From the IMG/VR virus record IMGVR_UViG_3300028590_000001: a stretch of DNA of 20,000 nucleotides; one strand, given 5' to 3'. The notes under the pieces are model-generated. The model did not search any database. It worked only from the letters and a program-made list of their open reading frames with translations, and had not been told where the DNA came from. Positions 9,222 through 15,635 of the stretch are shown here, piece after piece. Position 1 is the stretch's first letter. Each line of letters opens with the position of its first letter. This DNA comes from an uncultured virus (IMG/VR IMGVR_UViG_3300028590_000001) (Duplodnaviria; Heunggongvirae; Uroviricota; Caudoviricetes). A program made the position numbers and the translations under genes.

Positions 9222-9419
9222 ATGGTGGAAGTCAGCGTGACGGTCAACATCATGGTGGGCGACGCGGAGATGGAGCTGCGCCGCACGGCGAACATCGTGC
9301 AGGTGGGCAACGTGAACGGCGCAGTGCGCGCCTTCATGCGGCAGGCACACCGCGCGGTCGCGGGCGCATACGCCGACCAGGAGCCCAAGGGGTATGACCC
9401 GGGTGACGATGACGAGTGA
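9222..9419 (+). CDS. Hypothetical protein
   Basis: 65-aa ORF packed into the operon, GGAGG upstream. Confidence 0.7.
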   Translation: MVEVSVTVNIMVGDAEMELRRTANIVQVGNVNGAVRAFMRQAHRAVAGAYADQEPKGYDPGDDDE

Positions 9420-9561
9420 CCCGTACAGCGGGCCGGACATCCTGGAGGCCCGCATCCCGGCTGACCTGCGGCCGTGGCTGGGCATGGCCATCGTGCTGCA
9501 CGACCATGGACCGGACGAGCCCTGCACCCGCCGGTGCAACTCCTACGTGATGGAGGACTGA
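9409..9561 (+). CDS. 50-aa hypothetical protein with an HDH...C...C motif (not in the ORF track)
   Basis: MTSDPYSGPDILEARIPADLRPWLGMAIVLHDHGPDEPCTRRCNSYVMED*; fills the gap; TGATG coupling to the next gene. Confidence 0.65.
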   Translation: MTSDPYSGPDILEARIPADLRPWLGMAIVLHDHGPDEPCTRRCNSYVMED

Positions 9562-9698
9562 TGGAAGGCGAAGCCACGGAGGAGATGGAGGACTTCACCG
9601 GGTACATCTGCGGTCAGACCGTGATGCGCAACGGGGAGACGTACATCTGCCCTGAATGCGATTACCCGCCGGTCGACTGGGACGACGAGGAGGACTGA
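9561..9698 (+). CDS. 45-aa acidic zinc-ribbon-like protein
   Basis: YICGQ...YICPECDY; GGAGG RBS, TGATG overlap. Confidence 0.65.
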   Translation: MEGEATEEMEDFTGYICGQTVMRNGETYICPECDYPPVDWDDEED

Positions 9699-10808
9699 TT
9701 GGGCAGCATGCTCGACCTCACCGGAGAGGTCGTCTACGCCACTCCGCTCTACGGTTACGAACTCCCGCCGCCCATTCCCGGGCGGCGGGAGCCGACCTTC
9801 AAGGCGGGTAAGTACAGCCTGCCGAACCCCAAGTATCCGTCGAAGTTCAAGAGCTTCACGCGCGCCAGTTCGGTGGCGAAGTCCCTGGAAGACACCGAGC
9901 TGCTGTCCCTGTGGCAGCAGCGGCAGATGCTGATCGGGCTCCAGCGCAGCACCGACATCATGGCCACGCTGGACCAGGTGCTGGACGAGCACCATGAACA
10001 GCAGCCGGACGACACGAACATCGCGAAGTCGTTGCGCCAGCCGTTGAACAGCCTGAGTCTGCTGGCGCAGGAACGTGCGGGCAGCGGCCGGGCGGCAGAG
10101 TTCGGCACGGCGGTCCACGCATGGTGCGAGTGGTACGACCACGGGATGTGTCACATGACCGAGGTCCCCGCTGAGTTCCGCCCGTGGGTGATCGGTCACC
10201 GGCGTGCGCTGGCCCGCGCCGGACTGCACGTCGACAGCTGCTGGACGGAGCGCATCGTGCTCAACAGCAAGTACGACATCGCCGGAACGCTGGACCGGCT
10301 GGTCTGGTGCCCGGACGGGAAGCTGCGGCTGGGCGATATCAAGACCAGCAAGGGCATGGACTACAGCTGGATGTACTTCGCCATCCAGATGGCGATCTAC
10401 TCCACGGCGGACTACATCCTGGCGCTGGACGGCAGCAAGTGGGAGCCGATGCCCGCCGTCGAGCAGGACGTGGCGCTCATCAGCCACCTTCCCCGGGAGC
10501 GCCCGGAGGAGTCCCGCATCCAGCCGATCAATCTGGACTACGGCCGTCGCGCACTGGAGGTGGCCATGGCCGCAAGGGAACTGCGCGCCGAAGCGGCAAA
10601 ACAGGCTAACACCGTGCCTTGTGTGATAGGTTGGGCAACGGTAGCCGAGGAGCGCCGGGCCACGGCCAAGCACCTCGTAGAGATTTCCGCCACCGAGGAC
10701 GAACTCGCTCTCGTGTGGGAGGAATACCGGGACGTCTGGACAGACGAACTCACCCGGATCGGCTGGGAATCCCTCCAGTCAGCAACGCAACGCAACGCAA
10801 CGCACTGA
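9699..10808 (+). CDS. PD-(D/E)XK (RecB/Cas4-like) phage exonuclease
   Basis: GTAVH, TERIV, IAGTLDRL, GDIKTS and QMAIY motifs. Start is TTG 9699 or ATG 9708. Confidence 0.88.
   Translation: MGSMLDLTGEVVYATPLYGYELPPPIPGRREPTFKAGKYSLPNPKYPSKFKSFTRASSVAKSLEDTELLSLWQQRQMLIGLQRSTDIMATLDQVLDEHHEQQPDDTNIAKSLRQPLNSLSLLAQERAGSGRAAEFGTAVHAWCEWYDHGMCHMTEVPAEFRPWVIGHRRALARAGLHVDSCWTERIVLNSKYDIAGTLDRLVWCPDGKLRLGDIKTSKGMDYSWMYFAIQMAIYSTADYILALDGSKWEPMPAVEQDVALISHLPRERPEESRIQPINLDYGRRALEVAMAARELRAEAAKQANTVPCVIGWATVAEERRATAKHLVEISATEDELALVWEEYRDVWTDELTRIGWESLQSATQRNATH
10782..10805 (+). repeat. (GCAAC)4-GCAC pentanucleotide tandem repeat
   Basis: gcaacgcaacgcaacgcaacgcac immediately before the exonuclease stop codon. 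Confidence 0.9.
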
Positions 10809-10828
10809 ACGCCCAAAGAGGAGAACGC

Positions 10829-11293
10829 ATGTCTGACAACCCCTTCGGCAAGTCCACCGCTGCCAAGGAGAAGCCCACCATCGCCAGCCCCAAGGGCGAG
10901 AACGCCGCCCCGGCCACCAACGACCCGTTCGCGTCGCCGTCCGGCGTCAGCGGCGAGTACATCACCAGTTTCGTCGGGAAGCTGCTGCTCGTGAAGCCCA
11001 CCGAGTACGTCCCCGAGATGAACACCGCCAAGGGCAAGAACGACGCCGTGCGTGTCGACCTGGCCGTCCTCGATGACGCCGACGAGCCGGGCCGCGTGGT
11101 CACCGGTGTGCTGCTGTTCCAGTCGGCGCTCAAGCGCGAGGCGAAGGCCGTGCTGGAATCGCCCAGCCCGTACCTGCTGGGCCGCCTGGTCAAGACCACC
11201 ACCGGTGGCGGTAACGACCTGTACCTCTTCGAAGAGGGCGCGGACGACGACAAGAACCTGGCGCGCCAGTTCCTCGCGGCTGCCACCCTGTAA
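10829..11293 (+). CDS. Putative ssDNA-binding/recombination protein
   Basis: AGAGGAG RBS; flexible N-terminus (DNPF, DPFA) followed by a beta-rich core; lies between the exonuclease and the resolvase. The function is inferred from context only. Confidence 0.55.
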   Translation: MSDNPFGKSTAAKEKPTIASPKGENAAPATNDPFASPSGVSGEYITSFVGKLLLVKPTEYVPEMNTAKGKNDAVRVDLAVLDDADEPGRVVTGVLLFQSALKREAKAVLESPSPYLLGRLVKTTTGGGNDLYLFEEGADDDKNLARQFLAAATL

Positions 11294-11340
11294 GACCTGC
11301 GGCCCGTGCGCGCTGATTGGACCCGCGCACGGTACGCACT

Positions 11341-11378
11341 GAACGGCCCGGCGGCCCCGCCATACCGCCGGGCCGTTC
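11341..11378 (+). terminator. 14-bp perfect stem-loop (terminator or processing site)
   Basis: GAACGGCCCGGCGG / CCGCCGGGCCGTTC with a 10-nt loop, intergenic; weak U tail. Confidence 0.6.
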
Positions 11379-11404
11379 TCATACCCACCCACGAGGAGAA
11401 CCCC

Positions 11405-11968
11405 ATGATCGTCGCCGCCATCGACTCGTCCCTGTCGAACACAGGGCTCGCCCGGCTCGAGGTCATCGACCACGGCCCGGAGACGGCCGGGCAGCGCAAG
11501 GCGGTGTGGCGCACCATGACGGTCAAGTCCGAACCGGCCAAGGACACCGAATACCATCCGGGGCAGCTCAAGCGCATGCGCAACATCTGCAAGTCGATGG
11601 CCGAGTTCATCCAGGATGCCGACATGGTCGTGATCGAGGCTCCCGCCTACAGCCGGGGCATGGGCATGTCGCACGAGCGCGCCGGGCTGTGGTGGATGCT
11701 GTACGCCGCTGCGGGCGCGGTCATGCACGGTGATCCGCTGGTCATCAAGCCGAACCTGCGCGCCAAGTACGCCACCGGTAACGGTGGCGCTGGCAAGGAC
11801 ACCGTCATGCTGGAGGCTTCCCGCCGGTACGCGGACGCGCCCATCCGAAACAACAACGAGGCCGACGCCGTGCTGCTGGCGGCGATGGGTGCCCGGCTGG
11901 CGGGCATGGAGATCGACAAGGTGCCGCAGACCCACCTCGCCGCGCTCAAGACGCTGCTGCTGGCCTAA
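11405..11968 (+). CDS. ruvC: RuvC-like Holliday junction resolvase
   Basis: IVAAIDSSLSNTG, VVIEAP, KYATGNGGAGK, NNEADA; GAGGAG RBS. Confidence 0.9.
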   Translation: MIVAAIDSSLSNTGLARLEVIDHGPETAGQRKAVWRTMTVKSEPAKDTEYHPGQLKRMRNICKSMAEFIQDADMVVIEAPAYSRGMGMSHERAGLWWMLYAAAGAVMHGDPLVIKPNLRAKYATGNGGAGKDTVMLEASRRYADAPIRNNNEADAVLLAAMGARLAGMEIDKVPQTHLAALKTLLLA

Positions 11969-11989
11969 GCACGCATAGCGTGGTAAGCT
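11961..11989 (+). promoter_or_regulatory. Promoter P3 with operator CACGCATAGCGTG (11970-11982)
   Basis: TGGCCT-N17-TAAGCT with extended -10 TGn; same palindrome geometry as the other four; weak -35. Confidence 0.6.
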
Positions 11990-11995
11990 GGAGCC

Positions 11996-12069
11996 GTTCG
12001 GAAGATCGGACATCCTTTCTGGTGGTGAGTACGACAACGGACCCGGTCCCCCTGCACCGGGTCCGTTTT
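11996..12069 (+). ncRNA. Candidate ~75-nt small RNA with an anti-Shine-Dalgarno/anti-leader core
   Basis: Bounded by promoter P3 and a 12-bp terminator hairpin; no credible ORF; contains TCCTTTCTGGTGGTG (12013-12027). The 5' end is estimated. Confidence 0.45.
12036..12069. terminator. Intrinsic terminator, probably bidirectional, between convergent ruvC and holin
   Basis: AACGGACCCGGT-CCCCCTGC-ACCGGGTCCGTT, ending in a TTTT run on the + strand. Confidence 0.8.
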
Positions 12070-12074
12070 CGTGT

Positions 12075-12338
12075 CTACACCTTGGTCGCGCCCAGGGGCC
12101 CTATCCACCGCTCCAGCCATGCATTCACCTGGGGGATGGCCATCAGCCGCGCGGTGACGCCTGCCGCCGCCAGCGCCCCGGCCACCCACGGAACAGCGGT
12201 GGACAGCCCCAGTTCAGCCACCACGAACGGGACCACCAGCATCAGCCCCACCGCCGCCTGCACCACGGTGCGCAGCACTGCCCGGCCGGGGTACTGCACC
12301 TGCGTCGGTTCGATCTCGAATGGCTCGTCGGAGGTCAC
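12075..12338 (-). CDS. Holin
   Basis: 87 aa, two hydrophobic segments, TQVQYPGRAVLRTVVQ N-terminus, GTGA overlap with lysin A. Confidence 0.8.
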   Translation of the reverse strand: MTSDEPFEIEPTQVQYPGRAVLRTVVQAAVGLMLVVPFVVAELGLSTAVPWVAGALAAAGVTARLMAIPQVNAWLERWIGPLGATKV

Positions 12339-13198
12339 TTGCCCAGCCCCTGAATCAGCGCGACGAGTTCATCCCGCAGCGCAGCCAGGTCGGCGCGCGT
12401 GGCGACACCGTCCACCAGGCTCGGCTTCGCCGGGGTGGCGCGCTCGGCATCGGCCAGCTGCGCCCAGCCGGTCGGCTTGAGCGGTGCCTTGCTTCCGGTG
12501 CGCTGGTCCTTGCTGCCGGTGCCCGCCAGCTGATCCAGCGCGTCACCGGTGTGCTGGTCGACCCACCCCAGCAGGATGCCCGCCTGCTCGGCGGTGCCGT
12601 CCGGCTTAGCCACCTTCATCTCCCAGACCGCCTTCGCGATCTCTTCGGCACTCGCCATCTCGTTGTCCTCTCCCTTGGTGTACTTCTCCACGGCGTTCGC
12701 GAACACATCCCACGGGAAGCCGGGGCCGACATCGGTATGCGTGCCGATGCCCAGCTCATCGGTGACATACCGGTGATCCGAGATGCCGTCCGCGTACCAG
12801 TACGGCGGTGCGATGACGGTGGTGTCGAACTTGTACTTCCGGCAGTCCTGGACAGCCAGGTACGCCGCCACGTCGATAGCGTCGCCCATGTTGTCCAGCC
12901 ACTGCTGGCGTGACCAGCCTGCGCGGCTGCCCGCGAAGCAGAGGTTGATGGTGTACGGGTTCGCATCCAGCACCGACCAACTGGCGTAGTCGGTGTTCAC
13001 CACGTCGCAGACCACCACGCTGTTGTCGATCGTGTAGTGGTAGCTGACGCCGTTGGCCGGGTTGTTCAGGTAGGCCGCCAGCGACTCCGCTGTGCCGTTG
13101 CCCTCCTGGGTGTGCAGCAGGAAGTTCGTGACGCGCGCACCGCCGCGCCCGCTGTACGACTTGCCCATCCTGTCGATCTCTGTGAACTCAGGTGCCAT
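12335..13198 (-). CDS. lysA: Lysin A, N-acetylmuramoyl-L-alanine amidase (Amidase_2) with a C-terminal domain, 287 aa
   Basis: LLHTQEG, VSYHY, SWSVLDANPYTINLCFAG, DHRY, HTDVGPGFPWD; GGGAAGGA RBS before ATG 13198. Confidence 0.92.
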   Translation of the reverse strand: MAPEFTEIDRMGKSYSGRGGARVTNFLLHTQEGNGTAESLAAYLNNPANGVSYHYTIDNSVVVCDVVNTDYASWSVLDANPYTINLCFAGSRAGWSRQQWLDNMGDAIDVAAYLAVQDCRKYKFDTTVIAPPYWYADGISDHRYVTDELGIGTHTDVGPGFPWDVFANAVEKYTKGEDNEMASAEEIAKAVWEMKVAKPDGTAEQAGILLGWVDQHTGDALDQLAGTGSKDQRTGSKAPLKPTGWAQLADAERATPAKPSLVDGVATRADLAALRDELVALIQGLGK

Positions 13199-13242
13199 GC
13201 CGGTTCCTTCCCTGTGGCCTGCCCCGAGCATATCGCACGGAG

Positions 13243-13273
13243 TTGCACAAACCCACGGAATCCGTGCTAAGGT
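13243..13273 (+). promoter_or_regulatory. SigA-like promoter P4 with operator CACGGAATCCGTG (13254-13266)
   Basis: TTGCAC-N19-TAAGGT in the divergent intergenic region. Confidence 0.75.
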
Positions 13274-13306
13274 TGAACCACACCACACCTCGAGAGGAAG
13301 CCCCCC

Positions 13307-13693
13307 ATGCACCCCACCAACCCGGACGATCCGTTCGCCGTCCGCCTGACCGCTGTGGCCACCGTCACGTACACCGTAGGGCTGATGGTGGAAGCCCCCA
13401 CCGTCGACATGCCCGTGCCCCACTCGGACATTCGCATGATCCCCCAACGCGCGGAGGTCGTGGTCGAGCGCAACCTGGAGACCGGCGAGTTGTTCGTGTA
13501 CCGCCTGGAGATCACCGGCAAGCGCGCCAAGAAGGATGGCACGCCTTCGCTGTTGTCGATCTCCGGCCAGTGGTACCGCCGTCACAACTATGAAGGCGGC
13601 ATCACCTACGGCCACCACCAGTGCGCGGACCACCCGTACGTGTTGAACCTGATCGACAGGGCCATCGCCGTGGTGCGGGAGACCCTGCGGTGA
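13307..13693 (+). CDS. Hypothetical protein
   Basis: 128-aa ORF with GAGAGGA RBS. Confidence 0.8.
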   Translation: MHPTNPDDPFAVRLTAVATVTYTVGLMVEAPTVDMPVPHSDIRMIPQRAEVVVERNLETGELFVYRLEITGKRAKKDGTPSLLSISGQWYRRHNYEGGITYGHHQCADHPYVLNLIDRAIAVVRETLR

Positions 13694-13872
13694 GCGCGGC
13701 GCGGAAGGAAGCTCTGGCCCAGTTGCGCGTCGCCGTGGCGTCAGCATTCGAGGCGCGGCCGAATACCCCGGAATGGCAGCAAGCCCACCGCACTGTCGCG
13801 CTGGCGCAGGTGCACGCTCTGGACGCGGGCGCGACGGCTGCCGAAATCCTCGACGCGAGCGAAGGGTTCTAG
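13690..13872 (+). CDS. Hypothetical protein (60 aa, helical)
   Basis: GTGA overlap start. Confidence 0.7.
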   Translation: MSAARKEALAQLRVAVASAFEARPNTPEWQQAHRTVALAQVHALDAGATAAEILDASEGF

Positions 13873-13874
13873 CC

Positions 13875-14099
13875 GTGGGAAGTCTGGACAACCGTGACCA
13901 CTACCTGGTCGCCGCGCTGCTGCACCAGCGCATCAAGCCGCTGCGCCCGCTGGAGAATCCCGCGCACGTCGAACAGTTCAACGAACTGCGCGGACTGAGC
14001 GCCCGGCTGTGCGCTGCCCTGGAGGACGACGCCGTGCGCCCGCCGAGGGTCGTCTTCCAGCCGCAGCGGTTCATCGAACTGGTCATGCGGGGCGAGTGA
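13875..14099 (+). CDS. Hypothetical protein (74 aa)
   Basis: GTG 2 nt after the upstream stop, GAAGGG RBS. Confidence 0.7.
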   Translation: MGSLDNRDHYLVAALLHQRIKPLRPLENPAHVEQFNELRGLSARLCAALEDDAVRPPRVVFQPQRFIELVMRGE

Positions 14100-14293
14100 T
14101 GGTCTGCCAGGCGCGCGGCGGCTGGCGCAAGCTGACTTGCCCGGCGCGCGACTCGCACGGCTACCGCTGCGAGAAGCGCGGACCGCACACCGACCATTGG
14201 ATCAGCGACCACACCATCCAGCACGCACTGGCGGGCGACGGATACAGCTGCGCCGCCATCACCGACATGCTCATGGAAAGGCTCTGGAAATGA
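14099..14293 (+). CDS. Small Cys/His-rich hypothetical protein
   Basis: CPARDSHGYRCEKRGPHTDH; TGATG overlap. Confidence 0.7.
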   Translation: MVCQARGGWRKLTCPARDSHGYRCEKRGPHTDHWISDHTIQHALAGDGYSCAAITDMLMERLWK

Positions 14294-14556
14294 AGACCCC
14301 CGTATCTGATCACGTAGCGGAGCGGCTGTACGCCGACGACTGGCGCGTGGAGTCCACCATCCACCTCGGCCCGCGCATCGTGAAGGACTGCGGCAGCGTG
14401 TACGCCACCATCGTCCCCACGTCGTACGACTACGGCTGGAACGTCTGGGAGTGGACCACCGGCCAGCACCTGCACGGCGGCCGTGACGAGGACATCACCG
14501 CTGCGGCGCAGGCGGCGTTGACCTGGGTAAACGAGGAGTGGTTGGGCAGCGAATAA
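14290..14556 (+). CDS. Hypothetical protein (88 aa, Trp-rich)
   Basis: ATGA overlap, GAAAGG RBS. Confidence 0.75.
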   Translation: MKTPVSDHVAERLYADDWRVESTIHLGPRIVKDCGSVYATIVPTSYDYGWNVWEWTTGQHLHGGRDEDITAAAQAALTWVNEEWLGSE

Positions 14557-14575
14557 CGTTCGCCGTGCGAAGGGG

Positions 14576-14605
14576 TTGTATTAGGCACGGAATACGTGCT
14601 ATTGT
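14576..14605 (+). promoter_or_regulatory. SigA-like promoter P5 with operator CACGGAATACGTG (14586-14598)
   Basis: TTGTAT-N18-TATTGT in an intergenic gap. Confidence 0.75.
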
Positions 14606-14636
14606 GGTTTCACCACCAACCGAGAGGATCACCACA

Positions 14637-15299
14637 ATGCACGCCAACCCCTTCGCCGCCCGCCTCGCCACCGCTGCCGCCGCCACCCAGGGCACAGCGC
14701 GCCGGGACCGCCTGGACCGGGTGGAGATCATGGAAGGCCCCGCCTTTCACTTCACCGGTCCGGCCCCTGTCGACATGATCACCGAGCGACAGGCCGCGCT
14801 GGTTCGGACACTGCTGGTGGAGCGCAACTTCCGCAGCGAGCAGCGCCCGGCGTGGATCGCTCGAATCCAGCAGATGGCCACGGTCAACGGCACCATCAGC
14901 GCGATGACCAAGGTTCAGGCCAGCGCGTTCATCGAGTACGCGTTCACCATGCCCGTGCGGAAGATCGCAGAGGCGGCCCCGGCGGTAGACGTCCCGGAGG
15001 GCCGCTACGCGGTCGACATCAACGGCGTTCTGTGGTTCGTCCAGGTGGACTGCCCGGCCGAAGGCCGCTGGGCCGGGCACACCTTCGTGCGCCGCCAGTT
15101 GGGCAGCGACACCCAGAACCTGAACCGCGCGCAGCGGGTGCTCGTCCTCAAGGCCATCGCCGAGGCGGGCATCAAGGAGGCCACCATCCGCTACGGCCAC
15201 GAGCTGGGCCATTGCGGCAAGTGTGGTCGTGAACTGACCAATGAGGCCAGCCGCACGGCGGGCATCGGCCCCAAGTGCGCAGCTAAGAGCGGGTGGTGA
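14637..15299 (+). CDS. Protein with a C-terminal DUF6011-like zinc finger
   Basis: CGKCGRELTNEASRTAGIGPKCA; GAGAGGA RBS before ATG 14637. Confidence 0.8.
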   Translation: MHANPFAARLATAAAATQGTARRDRLDRVEIMEGPAFHFTGPAPVDMITERQAALVRTLLVERNFRSEQRPAWIARIQQMATVNGTISAMTKVQASAFIEYAFTMPVRKIAEAAPAVDVPEGRYAVDINGVLWFVQVDCPAEGRWAGHTFVRRQLGSDTQNLNRAQRVLVLKAIAEAGIKEATIRYGHELGHCGKCGRELTNEASRTAGIGPKCAAKSGW

Positions 15300-15327
15300 T
15301 GTTAGCCACACCGGACAATTTCATACC

Positions 15328-15353
15328 GTCCCCCGGGCACCCGCCCGGGGGAC
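15328..15353 (+). other. 11-bp perfect hairpin upstream of the HTH gene
   Basis: GTCCCCCGGGC-ACCC-GCCCGGGGGAC; no adjacent U tract. Confidence 0.6.
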
Positions 15354-15380
15354 ACGCCCCGTTTGTGAAGGAGATGAACC

Positions 15381-15575
15381 ATGTTGAAGTTCTGGGGCCG
15401 CAAGGAGGTCGCGCAGTTCCTGGGAGTGAAGACCGACTCCATCAACGGTTACGAGCTACCCGAACCCGATGCCGAGATCGGACAGCACCGGGGGTGGATG
15501 CCGGAGACCATCAAGAACTGGAAGGAGACCCGTCCGGGTAGGGGCAACTGGGGGAAGCGCTCGACCGACAAGTAG
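15381..15575 (+). CDS. Small HTH DNA-binding protein (AlpA/excisionase-like)
   Basis: GRKEVAQFLGVKTDSI...LPEPDAEIG..RGW.PETI..W...RPGRG; AAGGAG RBS. Confidence 0.85.
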   Translation: MLKFWGRKEVAQFLGVKTDSINGYELPEPDAEIGQHRGWMPETIKNWKETRPGRGNWGKRSTDK

Positions 15576-15603
15576 GGAACCACCATGCGGAGCTACGCGC
15601 GAC

Positions 15604-15631
15604 GAGGACCCGGGGCAACCCCCGGGTCCTC
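15604..15631. terminator. Stem-loop between convergent transcription units
   Basis: GAGGACCCGGGG-CAAC-CCCCGGGTCCTC (12 bp). Confidence 0.7.
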
Positions 15632-15635
15632 TGAC

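Noticed and set aside
9699..10808. Cas4-like nuclease as a sign of a CRISPR system
   Set aside because: No repeat-spacer array or other cas genes seen; stand-alone PD-(D/E)XK exonucleases are routine in phage replication modules.
10538..12037. - strand 499-aa ORF preceded by a CACCACCAGAAAGG leader-like sequence
   Set aside because: The ATG abuts the SD-like sequence with no spacing, the ORF is antisense to ruvC and the putative SSB gene, and it lies just past a terminator; the + strand RNA reading fits better.
11980..12480. 166-aa + strand ORF downstream of P3
   Set aside because: Its start lies within the promoter, it crosses a terminator hairpin, it is antisense to the holin and it is low-complexity.
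13199..13891. 231-aa N-terminal extension of lysin A in the ORF track (518 aa)
   Set aside because: It overlaps credible + strand genes and a promoter region; a good RBS supports ATG 13198.
15381..15575. Excisionase call implying a temperate integration module
   Set aside because: No integrase or attP seen in the window; the fold only supports a generic HTH call.
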